From positions 1 to 52,719 of the forward strand of contig MRSU01005835.1 of assembly GCA_008369845.1 (NCBI GenBank): 52,719 nt of DNA, in the 5' to 3' direction. The notes under the pieces were generated by a model. That model did not search any database. It was not told where the DNA came from and saw nothing but the letters and a program-made list of their open reading frames with translations. This document shows, piece after piece, positions 10,385-21,200 of this stretch. Both the position numbers and the translations under genes were made by a program. This stretch comes from Trichomonas gallinae (Eukaryota). Each line of letters opens with the position of its first letter. The first letter of the stretch is position 1.

Positions 10385-11874
10385 AAGTTATTTATTTTGT
10401 TTATGTTTTGTTATAAATTTATTTTGTTTATTTTCTAACCTTACCATATGTATATATCGCTTATCTATCTCATCTATCATTTATATTTAGGTATTTTGGA
10501 CTCCATAACAAAATATTTTTGATAAAAAAATTAAATAATGGAAAATCATTAACTATATGGGTATACTGGTCAGGTTTATCGTCTTATGATGTTATCATAT
10601 TGAGATATGCTCTTAAACTGGGTTTTAATATGATAAATGTATAACTTCAATTAAAAATTAGGCAACTTTGCATTACTCGTACATATTTACTATTAGATGA
10701 TGTTTTCGATAAATTTTATTTAGTTTAATTGGATAATTACCGATTATTATCTTGAACATTTTAAAGCAAAAATGTAAATAAAATAGATAGAACCGATTGT
10801 TATCGATAATATAGCCGATAAACGATATCTTAGCAACAATCAATTGTCAATACTTGTTTAAAATCTCGATTGTCCTATGAATCAGAAAAAAAAAAAAAAA
10901 AATAAACAAGAACTCAATGCCATAGTTCTGAATACAGCTATATAATTAGTTTATTGGCTCATATCCATAAGTATTCGGATTCAATATCGATTGATGAAAT
11001 GAAAAATTGTTATCAAAAGGATAGTGAACAAAAAATCTATAATTTGTACAAAATACGCGAACGGAAGCATATTTTAGCTGACAAAAAAATAATTATTTTG
11101 AATATTTTACTTATCGTCCTAGACAATTTGGCTCATTTACTTAATAACATGTGAATGTCATTCAAATTTATTTTTCAGAGCATTCAAAAGTATTTACCAT
11201 CCATAGTAATACTAAATCATACTATTGCATTTTAGCCTAAAGCTGGAAATTGAATTATTAAAATTGAATACACTAATTGATCACTCAATTTTAATCAACT
11301 AATAGTAGTATAACTATATATCATTGTTTTTTAGCTAAAAATGAATATTGAATTTTAAAAAATTGAATCATTTATTTGAATATATTCATAAGTATTCATT
11401 TTACTAGATATAAACCAATAAAAAAGTATATACATTAATTTGAATTAGTTATGATTGATTGGTTCTATTTAGTCTTTAATGATTGTGCACATTTTATCAA
11501 ACAGAATTAAAATTCAATTTTCATTTTGTAAATAAATTTTGAGACTGATTTTTCCTCTCATTAAAAATAATATCTATTTATGTTTATAGATTATAATTTT
11601 AAAGTTTCATAATGGATCTATCATTTCAAGACAAATCATTGATATTTATAATCTATATAATATATAACATGGATTTTTGATGACAAAATGACTTAACTGT
11701 GAGATTGTGTTTTCCATTCAAAATTTAAATGGTTCGATATTTAATTTCAATGCAGAACTTTCAAAATTATGCGGTTTTTGCTATCATCAAATCACATGTA
11801 AATATATTATAAAATGGAAATATAACATAAATAATAAAAAAAAATGCTGGACGATTATTTTGCTATTTTTTTAA

Positions 11875-12792
11875 ATGAATTGTAATGATGAAGAATACAT
11901 AAAGATGAAGAACTTACACTATAGGGATACAATAGGTTGTGGTGCATCAGGTGTTGTCTATAAAGTGTATGATCCAATCTATAACAGAGAATTTGCATTA
12001 AAGTCTATCAATCTTTCGAAGTTTAATCAAACTGAAGTGGAATGCATGAAGCAGGTAGATGATCCTAATGTTGTCCCACTGTACAATTACGAGTTTTACA
12101 ATGGTTACGTTTATTTGCTAATGGAATTCTGCCCAATAACACTTGAAAAGTTTTGCATGCATAATAATTCTATTGGTAATCAGAAGCTTATAAAATACGC
12201 TCTTGACATTCTCAAATCGATTAGAGCTTGCCATAGAAATCGTGTAGCGCATTTGGACATCAAACCATCCAATTTCGTTATTGATCAATATGACAGAGTC
12301 AGAGTGTGTGATTTTGGTCTATCTTTAAAGATCAATGTCTCACAACTCGACGAAACATATTGTGGATCAATACCATTTATTGCTCCTGAGATACTAGCAA
12401 AGGTTCCGCATGATCCATTGAAGGCTGATGTCTGGGCAATTGGCGTTACATTCTTTATAATGGCAACAGGAAAATTCCCTTGGGCTGGAGATGACAGAGA
12501 GACTTTATGCCAGAACTTAATGACAATGCCACCAAGGATAGAGATGATACATAACAAGGATTTCGCGCAGATTATTAAAGAATGCCTTACAATTGATCCA
12601 GAAAAAAGGCCTTCTGTTGAATCTCTTATATCACGTCATATTTTCAATTTGAAACCACTCTCAATCATCAAGAAACATCCATTTGGAAGGGTATTTGAGC
12701 TCCATTCGTCTAGAGACACGCCTTTCTCTAAATCGAATTTGATTGTTCGTCCGAAAATACAGCGAGCGCAAATCCAGCAGAGTGCAAGGTGA
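11875..12792 (+). CDS. Ser/Thr protein kinase, CAMK-like
   Basis: GCGASGVV, ALK, HLDIKPSN, DFG, CGSIPFIAPE, DVWAIG. Non-RD (HLD) catalytic loop. Confidence 0.92.
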   Translation: MNCNDEEYIKMKNLHYRDTIGCGASGVVYKVYDPIYNREFALKSINLSKFNQTEVECMKQVDDPNVVPLYNYEFYNGYVYLLMEFCPITLEKFCMHNNSIGNQKLIKYALDILKSIRACHRNRVAHLDIKPSNFVIDQYDRVRVCDFGLSLKINVSQLDETYCGSIPFIAPEILAKVPHDPLKADVWAIGVTFFIMATGKFPWAGDDRETLCQNLMTMPPRIEMIHNKDFAQIIKECLTIDPEKRPSVESLISRHIFNLKPLSIIKKHPFGRVFELHSSRDTPFSKSNLIVRPKIQRAQIQQSAR

Positions 12793-13478
12793 GCTTGATT
12801 GATATGTTTGTTATATTATTATTAAATACCATGTTTAATTAACTTAATTTTTTATTGAAAGGATTTCACATAAAATATATTTCATTCCTTTGACATTTCA
12901 ATTACCCTCATGTATATGGTAATAAGTCACTGTGAAATTAATGTAATTGTTTTTTTGAGGCAAATTTTTCAAGCACAAATGCATCAATAAAACTGTGGGA
13001 ACAACAGAATGATGTTTATGATAATAATATATAATAAAATTACCGAAATCACATGATTGAACAATATTTCTTCACAGATATACAAAAGCTTCTGGATTTT
13101 TCATTTATATGAATTCTTTATAAAATTTGTTTCACTTTTTGCTAATAAATCATAGGCAAAAGACGTAGTTTTCTCCCTATATCGAAAAGTCATCGAAAAA
13201 TACAAATATCATAGCAAATTTATGTTGCAAAATGCTTTCACATAGACTGTATATAGTATATATTTGAATAAATAAATGAATTTGCAACTTTATATTCATT
13301 TTGAAAATATTTTGTTAATTTGTCATTAATTAATGATAATTTTTTAGAATATCCTATAAATAGAAAAATATTAATATAAAATTGTCTAAATCAAATAATA
13401 AAAATAATCTGATTTCTTCAATAATAAAAATAATAAAACTTTACAAGAAATCAAATAAACATATAAAATATATAACAA

Positions 13479-15836
13479 TCACATAGAATCGAGTCTAGAT
13501 CTAACAATGTTCACCAAATTGATATCCTGAATTGTAGGTAATGTCCTCTCCAGCTGCGGTTTCACAGCACCAGAGAGTTCGCTGTGTTTGCTCGCGCTGA
13601 TGAGGATCGTCGATATCATATCAGCATTCAAGCTCTTCGATAAATCCATCGAAATAACAAGCTGCGCCATCTCCAAGTTATTGCAAGCGACAGCTAAAAC
13701 TAAAACGGCGAGTGGATTATCAGCAACAACATCCAAAACTTTCTGCAGTGTATCTTGAGTGACGACTTCTCCACCTTCAATCATCTGTGCGAGAGAAGCA
13801 GTGCAGACTGCCATGAATGTCGGATCAGTTGAATTCAAGCCGCCGACTAAATATTCCGAGCCCAACTTATCCAAGGCTTTGTATTTAGCGAGACATCTTA
13901 TCGCAGAGGCAGCGAGCATTGTATCCACGGCGTGGTCAATTGCCACTTTAGCAGCTACATCTGTTATTGATTCAACTGTGTCCTGGTCGACTCCTCCTCT
14001 TGCTACCATTTCGAAAGCGAGTTGAACAGTTTTAGGAGAAACAGACCTTAAAATAACACTCGACTCTCTTCTCGCTTTGCATGCCAACACGAAGATGTTT
14101 GTGTCCACATCATCGTTGCCTGTCGGATAGATGTTTATCAGCAAGTCCAAAGATTGCTGAGACATTCTGTCGTGGCCGATTTGTCTGACCAAAAATGTGG
14201 CTTTTGACGCCAATGGTGTGTAAAAGAAAGGCTTCAAGCCTCTGACTTTGAGGTCGAAGTCCCTCATTTCAGACACAAGCGACAAGAAGTAGTCGCCGCG
14301 GTTCTCCGGGATTCCGTTCTCTTCTATGACTTTCACGATCTCTTCGTTGTTGCCTGATTCGACAGCGTTTCTCATCTTCGCGTCGATGCTCTCTGTTTCC
14401 ATGGTGATCTTTGAGCGAACGTAGTTTGTGAATAGTTCCATGTCTGTGCCTGGTATGAACACGTCGCACTTGGCGAACATGTTGACGATTTCGTTGAAAG
14501 TTGGCCTTTGTTTAGGATCTCGAAGCCAACAAGCTTGAATTAAGCGCTTGAGGCCAGGAGGACAGTCGTCGTCAATTGGTGGGCGTGCATCGTTTACGAG
14601 GACTCTAGCAATGATCTGTGGAGGCAAAAGGCCGTCATATGGAACTTGGCAATGGTAAATTTCCCACAAAACTATGGCGTACGCGTATACGTCTACCTTC
14701 AAATCATAGCTTCTGGATGATTGAAGCAGTTCTGGGGCCATCCAATGCGGAGTTCCGATGCTTTCGGACATCAATCCTTCATTAGCATAGCGACTGAGTC
14801 CAAAGTCAATGATTTTGGCGCGTTTGTTTGTGTCAATGAGAACATTCAGTGTTTTGAGATCTCTGTGTATGATATGGCGATTGTGCAAAAATCTCATTCC
14901 TCTAGCGATGTCAAACATAGCAATCGAACGCTCTGTGGGCGATAATTCGTGCGTATTGTTGAGGTCATTGTAGAGGCTGCCTCCTGGCATCCACTCTGTA
15001 ACAATGCAGAAGGGATAAGTATCTGTTGCTCCAACGAATCTCAAGAGACATTCGTGTTGTGCTGAAGCGAGAACTGATAGTTCACGCTGGAATGCATTTA
15101 GTTTCGAGCCAACGAGCTGCTCAAATTTTAATGCTTTGATTGCGACTTTCTCTTTTGTCTTTTTGATAATCCCCATGTAAACTGTCGATGAAACTCCGGT
15201 TCCTATCTGTTTCTCTATCTCAAGATCTGAATAGAGCAAGCGCCATTGCTGGTAGATAATTGGAATCGGAGAAAACACGATTTCATTTTCTCCAAATGTC
15301 CTTCCTTCGTAAGCTAATATGAATTCATCGATTTGAACAATTCTTCGTTGTACAACATTTGATATTTGATTATCTGAATCTGGGTTATTTAAATAATTTA
15401 GCAGTGAGAGTTTAATCGCTTTCAAGTCTTGTATGTGATAGTCGACCCATTCTTGCGCTGCAGAATTGAAAGAGCGAGCACCAATTGGATCTAAATCCAT
15501 TGTCGCTTCTTGAAGAGCCGTAGCGTATTGGCATAGTAATGTCGGAAGATAATCTATTTGATTTTCGAGGAATTTTTGTGCCCATCCTTCAGAGAAATTT
15601 TGCTCAAACATATCTTGATAATTTTGCGCGTATTTAAGAATTGCATTGTATGCATTCCTGTGTGTTTCGGTGAGTTCTGACTTTCTAGCTCTCTGTGAGA
15701 ATGATTGAAGAAAATTATGAAATTGATACATCGCAAACTGGAATTTTTTTCCATGTGCAACGACATTGGGAAGCATCGTGACCAAACCGTTGTACATTTT
15801 GCCGATTTCCTTGACAAGAGACTTCAGGTTCGACAT
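13479..15836 (-). CDS. TKL-group protein kinase with N-terminal helical (MLKL/HeLo-like) domain and C-terminal ARM/HEAT-like region
   Basis: IGTGVSSTVY, VAIK, HRDLKTLN, DFG, GTPHWMAPE, DVYAYAIVLWE and CW..DP..RPTF are TKL signatures. The ~175 aa N-terminus and ~320 aa C-terminus are helical. Confidence 0.92.
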   Translation of the reverse strand: MSNLKSLVKEIGKMYNGLVTMLPNVVAHGKKFQFAMYQFHNFLQSFSQRARKSELTETHRNAYNAILKYAQNYQDMFEQNFSEGWAQKFLENQIDYLPTLLCQYATALQEATMDLDPIGARSFNSAAQEWVDYHIQDLKAIKLSLLNYLNNPDSDNQISNVVQRRIVQIDEFILAYEGRTFGENEIVFSPIPIIYQQWRLLYSDLEIEKQIGTGVSSTVYMGIIKKTKEKVAIKALKFEQLVGSKLNAFQRELSVLASAQHECLLRFVGATDTYPFCIVTEWMPGGSLYNDLNNTHELSPTERSIAMFDIARGMRFLHNRHIIHRDLKTLNVLIDTNKRAKIIDFGLSRYANEGLMSESIGTPHWMAPELLQSSRSYDLKVDVYAYAIVLWEIYHCQVPYDGLLPPQIIARVLVNDARPPIDDDCPPGLKRLIQACWLRDPKQRPTFNEIVNMFAKCDVFIPGTDMELFTNYVRSKITMETESIDAKMRNAVESGNNEEIVKVIEENGIPENRGDYFLSLVSEMRDFDLKVRGLKPFFYTPLASKATFLVRQIGHDRMSQQSLDLLINIYPTGNDDVDTNIFVLACKARRESSVILRSVSPKTVQLAFEMVARGGVDQDTVESITDVAAKVAIDHAVDTMLAASAIRCLAKYKALDKLGSEYLVGGLNSTDPTFMAVCTASLAQMIEGGEVVTQDTLQKVLDVVADNPLAVLVLAVACNNLEMAQLVISMDLSKSLNADMISTILISASKHSELSGAVKPQLERTLPTIQDINLVNIVRSRLDSM

Positions 15837-16628
15837 CTCTAAATAAACTATGAAACAAAAAAATTACGGTTTTTTTCTTCAAATAAATTCTTTGGAATAC
15901 TTGCATATTATTAATGATGATGACAACCATCATATTTGTCAAAAATTATGTTTTACGCGTCATTAAATTTGAATTGTGTAGTTTACGTGTCATTATACAT
16001 GGTTTATGTGTCAGAAAACTATCAATTCACTTTAAATTTTATTCTTCTTTATCTGTCAAAACTGCATTATGTAATATTGAATATTTTGCTTGAGAAATCG
16101 GATTATCATATTTTGACATAATTCTGAAGATTACATGTCGATTTTGTTGGAATTCAGAATATTACATGTCATATTTGCCAAGTAATTGCAACTCCTTTAT
16201 ATATTCATCAAGATCACCTGTTAGTCATTGATTATTAATTTGCATTTATAACATCAAGCCCACATTACATATTTCAATTTATAATTAATCGAATCAATAT
16301 TGAATTCAATCAGAAATCGAGACATTATAAAATCTAACTGAGCAGATACAAAAATATTAATCAATAATGATTTTAAGTATATCATATTATTATTTTGTAA
16401 AATATGGATTTTATAAACTATTATTCTTACAACATGATTTTAGATGTTTAGTATAGGTTATTATTAGATTGACAAGTTCAAAATTCGCAATATTTTTTGG
16501 AAATTTGAAAATATTGCATTTAAACGAAAATATTTTGAATATAGCCATAAATAACTAAATACTTTATATGTTTGATGCCAAATATGAAAAATATATAGCC
16601 ACAAAAAAAATAAAAAGTGACAATCATT

Positions 16629-17864
16629 ATGACGAAGCCTTTTTCTTTTGGTAGCACTGGAAAAACAGGATTCGGCGCCGCATCCACTGCAGGTGGATTT
16701 GGAAGCTCCCTTACTAAAGGACTGCCTTCAAGTGGTGCTACTCCAAGCGTTTATGGATCATCTTCGAATACTAGTACAGCCAGTGCTGTCTCAGGCGGTG
16801 ATGGACCATATACAGTTCCATTTAACTCATTAAAAACACCATACCAAGAAAGCGATGTCGATAAAGTTAAAGTTCAAAATATCACATCTTTGCCGCAATT
16901 CAAAAACTGCACGCCAGAAGAGCTGAGATTCTACGACTATATCGAATCAAAGAAAATCGAAGTGCCAAAACACTTCAAAGCAGAAACAAAAGGTGTTCTT
17001 AAAGCTGTTGCACAGACTAGCAGCAATGCCGACGGAACAAAAACAACAGGCCTTGCTCCTGCTGGATCAAAAACAACACTACAATCAGCAGCTACTTCTT
17101 CAACTGCAAATTCAGCGACAAATCCTAAATTCGAAGAAAGCGAATTGAAATTCCCAGTCCCCAAGGCTGGTGTTGTTCTTACTGCTGCAGAATACTTCAA
17201 ACTTAAACCAGTTCCAATCACCAGAGAAGAAAACGAATTTGATAACAAAAATGTCAGTACAAAATATCATAGAAATTATAACTCTTTGTTTATTAAACGC
17301 AATGCTCACCAAAGTTCGTTAGGATACGATTTCAAAAATATCACTCCACTTAAATTTAGCGCTGAAATGCTTAGATGTGCTCTACCACAACATGTTGATA
17401 AGCAGGAAGAGTTTGGTCCAATTAAAACAATTCCTCCACTTGATGAAATTCAAGGAAAGATTCAACACTTCAAAATTATACGCGATGGCTTTGCAGACAT
17501 ACAGTTCTTGGATGAAGTTGATGTTTCATCCATTAATCTCGCAACAGATATTATTATCAAATTATGCTTTGTTAATTTTTATCCAAGTCTTGAGAGTTCA
17601 AGGAAGCCTGCTCCAGGAAATGGATTGAATGTTAGAACAAGAATTACGATATACAACGCTTGGCCAGCTAATGAATATACAGGAGTTAGACAAAGATTCA
17701 GACCAGACCAAGAACAGGATATAAGGGCTTATGAAGGAAAACTTCAGGAGTTTTGCGCTTCAAAGAGTGCTGGATCTAGATTTATCAGATATGATCCAAT
17801 AATGGGAACATTTTGTTTTGAGATTGATAATGTAGCAAACTATGGGCCTTATTTACTCCCATAA
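16629..17864 (+). CDS. Nup98/Nup116-like nucleoporin (few FG motifs, GLEBS, C-terminal autoprotease-like domain)
   Basis: N-terminal FSFG/GFG/GGFG, GLEBS-like VQNITSLPQFKNCTPEELRFYDY, C-terminal TIPPLDEI..FKIIRDGFADIQF..KPAPGNGLNV..ITIYNAWP..FIRYDPIMGTFCFEI. Start moved to ATG 16629, directly after Inr TCATT. Confidence 0.88.
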   Translation: MTKPFSFGSTGKTGFGAASTAGGFGSSLTKGLPSSGATPSVYGSSSNTSTASAVSGGDGPYTVPFNSLKTPYQESDVDKVKVQNITSLPQFKNCTPEELRFYDYIESKKIEVPKHFKAETKGVLKAVAQTSSNADGTKTTGLAPAGSKTTLQSAATSSTANSATNPKFEESELKFPVPKAGVVLTAAEYFKLKPVPITREENEFDNKNVSTKYHRNYNSLFIKRNAHQSSLGYDFKNITPLKFSAEMLRCALPQHVDKQEEFGPIKTIPPLDEIQGKIQHFKIIRDGFADIQFLDEVDVSSINLATDIIIKLCFVNFYPSLESSRKPAPGNGLNVRTRITIYNAWPANEYTGVRQRFRPDQEQDIRAYEGKLQEFCASKSAGSRFIRYDPIMGTFCFEIDNVANYGPYLLP

Positions 17865-18257
17865 CTTTATTATTATTTATATAAATATTATAGAATTTAT
17901 TTTGTTTTCAAAAATCTTTTTATTAAATTAATTTCAAAAATTCGTGATCACTAATTTCAAAGAATGTATGTGCTGGACCCTCATTTATATGATTTGTGAT
18001 TATTATTTTTTGTCTCTTTTGATTCATGAATTTGTATATAGATCTCACAGTTTACATGCCAAATTACCTTGGAGCGTTTTTGACACTTTACAATGTCAGA
18101 TTTCCTTAAAAAGCGGTGTACCCAAAACTGTTATGTTATTGGCATGTGGATGCACCAATAATGATTTCGAAGCCACTCCTTTGATCAGAAATTGGAAGGT
18201 TATCGTTGTGTGAAATTGAATGTAGTCATTGAAAAAATTGTGAAAGTCAATTTTCAA

Positions 18258-21200
18258 ATGATTCTCTTTGTTTTTTTCGTTGAATGGTCCTTATCTTTCG
18301 AATATGATCACGAAGGACTTGTTTTTGATCTAGACCCGGATACAAAAACAGCATCATTTATATCAACCTCACTCGAAGAAGCAAAAATTCCGGAATCAAT
18401 CGAATATAACTCGATTTCATACAAAATGGAAAGGATAGATATTCAAAATACCCAAAATTTTACAAGTATTGACATTCCAAAAACAATTTTGAAGATTGAT
18501 AAATTATCATATTGTCAAAATCTCAAGATAGTAACAATCCAAGATGGAATAACTTTTCTTGGGGAGTCATGGTTTACATCAATGACATCATCTTTTAATG
18601 TTGACATACCAGATTCTGTAGAGAAAATTGGAAACTGGTGTTTTGAAAATTCAGGCGTGAGAATCGTAACATATGGTCCAAAACTACGTGAAATTGGAAA
18701 ACATGCGTTTATTAATTCGAATTTAATTTCATTGACGCCAAGATCAGAAAATAATATTCAAATAATTGAAGAATCATGTTTTGCGATGTGCACAAGCCTT
18801 TCCAACGTATCGATTTTGATATCAAAGCTAACTGAAATAGATGATGACGTGTTTGAAAATTGCAGCAAAATTGATAAAACAATAAACATTCCGGATTCAA
18901 TAACAAAGATTGGTGTGGCGGCATTTGCATATTCATCTGTCGAATATATTACATATGGAAGCGCTCTTGTCTCGATTGGAGATTTTGCTTTTGCAGGATC
19001 TGACCTAGTCGCGTTTTTACCGCGAGAAAATGCTCAATGTAATATAGTTGAAGTTGGTGATATGTGTTTCCATAGCTGTGTCAGTCTCTCGTCGATTGGA
19101 AATTTAATTGATAATATTAATTCGTTTGGAAAATATGCATTTTCTCAATGTCCATCACTAAACATATCCATTAATCTCAATGATAATGTTGAACACATTC
19201 CAACTGGTTTGTTCAGAAAATCGGGAATTATTAGTTTAACTTTCAGTTCAAATCTTAAAAACATCAGTGACTATGCATTCACTGACTCAAGTATAGAATT
19301 AATATCGCCAAGATCTTTATGTTACATTGAGTACATAGGTGAATACTGTTTCTTCAACTGCACGAAACTTTGCGACATCACAAAAATCCTCACATCTCTT
19401 TCTATAATAAGCACAGGCACATTTCAGTACTGCAAGAGTGTATCTGGGAAAATTGTCCTTCCATTCTCTCTACTGGAAATAGGTGAACGCAGTTTTGATC
19501 ACACGGGAGAAATTGAAATCTATTTCAATGCCAACTTAAAAAAAATTGGATTTGCAGCATTCGCAAATTCTGGCATTAAACTATTCCTGAAGATCTATGT
19601 CAATAGTCTCATGGAGCTAGGAGAGGCAGTGTTCGCCAATTGCACGTCTTTGGAGGTCATTGATGATGAATACATGGAATCAATGTATTATCCTAGAACG
19701 TTTTACGGCTGCAAAAATCTCAAAAGAAATTTCAACATCTTGCGAGATATACCAGAAGAAATGTTTGCAAAAACAGGCAAAATGACTGTGAAATTATCTA
19801 GTGATGTGAAAGTCATAGGTCCAAGAGCTTTCATGGATTCTGAGATCATTAATATAACTTGCGAATTTGATACAAATTTACAAAAGATTGAAGAATATAG
19901 CTTCATGAATTGCCGCTCTCTGATACTTTTCCAGAGCGTAATTCTTGATACTGTTACAGATATAGGTGAAGGAGCCTTCTGTCAGTGTACAAGTCTCCGT
20001 GGAATCGATTTAAGAGGAATAGTATCAATAGGAAAAGAAGCATTTATGTATTCATCGCTTGAATTCATCCAGCTTCCAAACACACTTGAAAAAATCGGAA
20101 GCAACGCTTTCTCTCATTGCGATAAGATGTTCGAGATGAGCTTCAACTGTCCTAAATGTGATATCGATGGATTCCACAATACATCTGTTACAAAAATTTA
20201 TTTTTACGCTTATAAAAGTATCAAAGATTATGCTTTTGCAAATTCGTACAATTTACAAGAGATCATTGGACTTGAGAACGGCCACGAGATTGGAGAATAC
20301 GCTTTTTACAAGGCTGATTTGTCTAAAGCAATGAATTTCGAGTTCAATGAAAAGTTTACATTACTTGGTCACACTTTTGCATCTACTTCATTGAACACAA
20401 TAAATATGACAGTTAGAAACCCAATAAAACTTCCAGGATCAATATTTGAAAACTGCAACAAGCTGAAAAGCGTAGAACTCCACATAAACCAATTCGAGCT
20501 TCCAGACTTCCTGTTCAAAAACCTTCCGATAGAGAAATTCATTGTTTATACAATCGACGGGTTCACAGGTAGTTCCCTCAAAATTGGAAAATCATGTTTC
20601 GATGGAGTAACAACATTCAGCAAGTTTTATGCCGATGTTTGCATTAACATAACTGTATATTCTCTTGAACTTGATGATTACAGCTTCGCATCCACTGGAT
20701 CATTCATCAATTTTTATGTCTGCAGCAGCGAAATAACAATCGGAAATTACGCATTTTCAAAATCGTCGATAAATAATTTCGTGAATTCATACAAAGGAAC
20801 TACAACTGTTGTAGTCAATAGTTATGCATTCTCACGTTCACAGTTCTCTAAATTCTTAAACGCAGATTCAAATGATGCACCAATAACAAAAGCGGCAACC
20901 TGTTCTTTTTACATGTGCAACAACATGAGAAGTTTGCCTCTAGTTAAAAACTTGATGGATACTTATTCTATTTACAGCTGTGAGGATTTACAAGATGTCG
21001 TTGTTAATGCATCGATGGTAAGATCTTCCTCTATATTCCTTTGTCCGTCAATAACAAGCATTTTGATTGGCAAAAACGTCGATTACATCGGCAAGCATTT
21101 TTTCGACAGCTGTAAATCAGTATCGACGATATCTTTTGAATATGGAGAAAATGAACTGTCAATCAATGACGAAGTCTTTGCATACGCTCAAATCAGTAAA

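Noticed and set aside
10385..11874. Long 1.5-kb intergenic region with a 66-aa TTG ORF
   Set aside because: Extremely AT-rich, no ATG context, no repeats, TIRs or convincing stems found.
18136..18161. Small hairpin TTATTGG-CAT-GTGG-ATG-CA-CCAATAA upstream of BspA as an iron-responsive-like element
   Set aside because: It lies ~100 bp upstream of the ATG, probably outside the short 5' UTR, and has no IRE-type loop.
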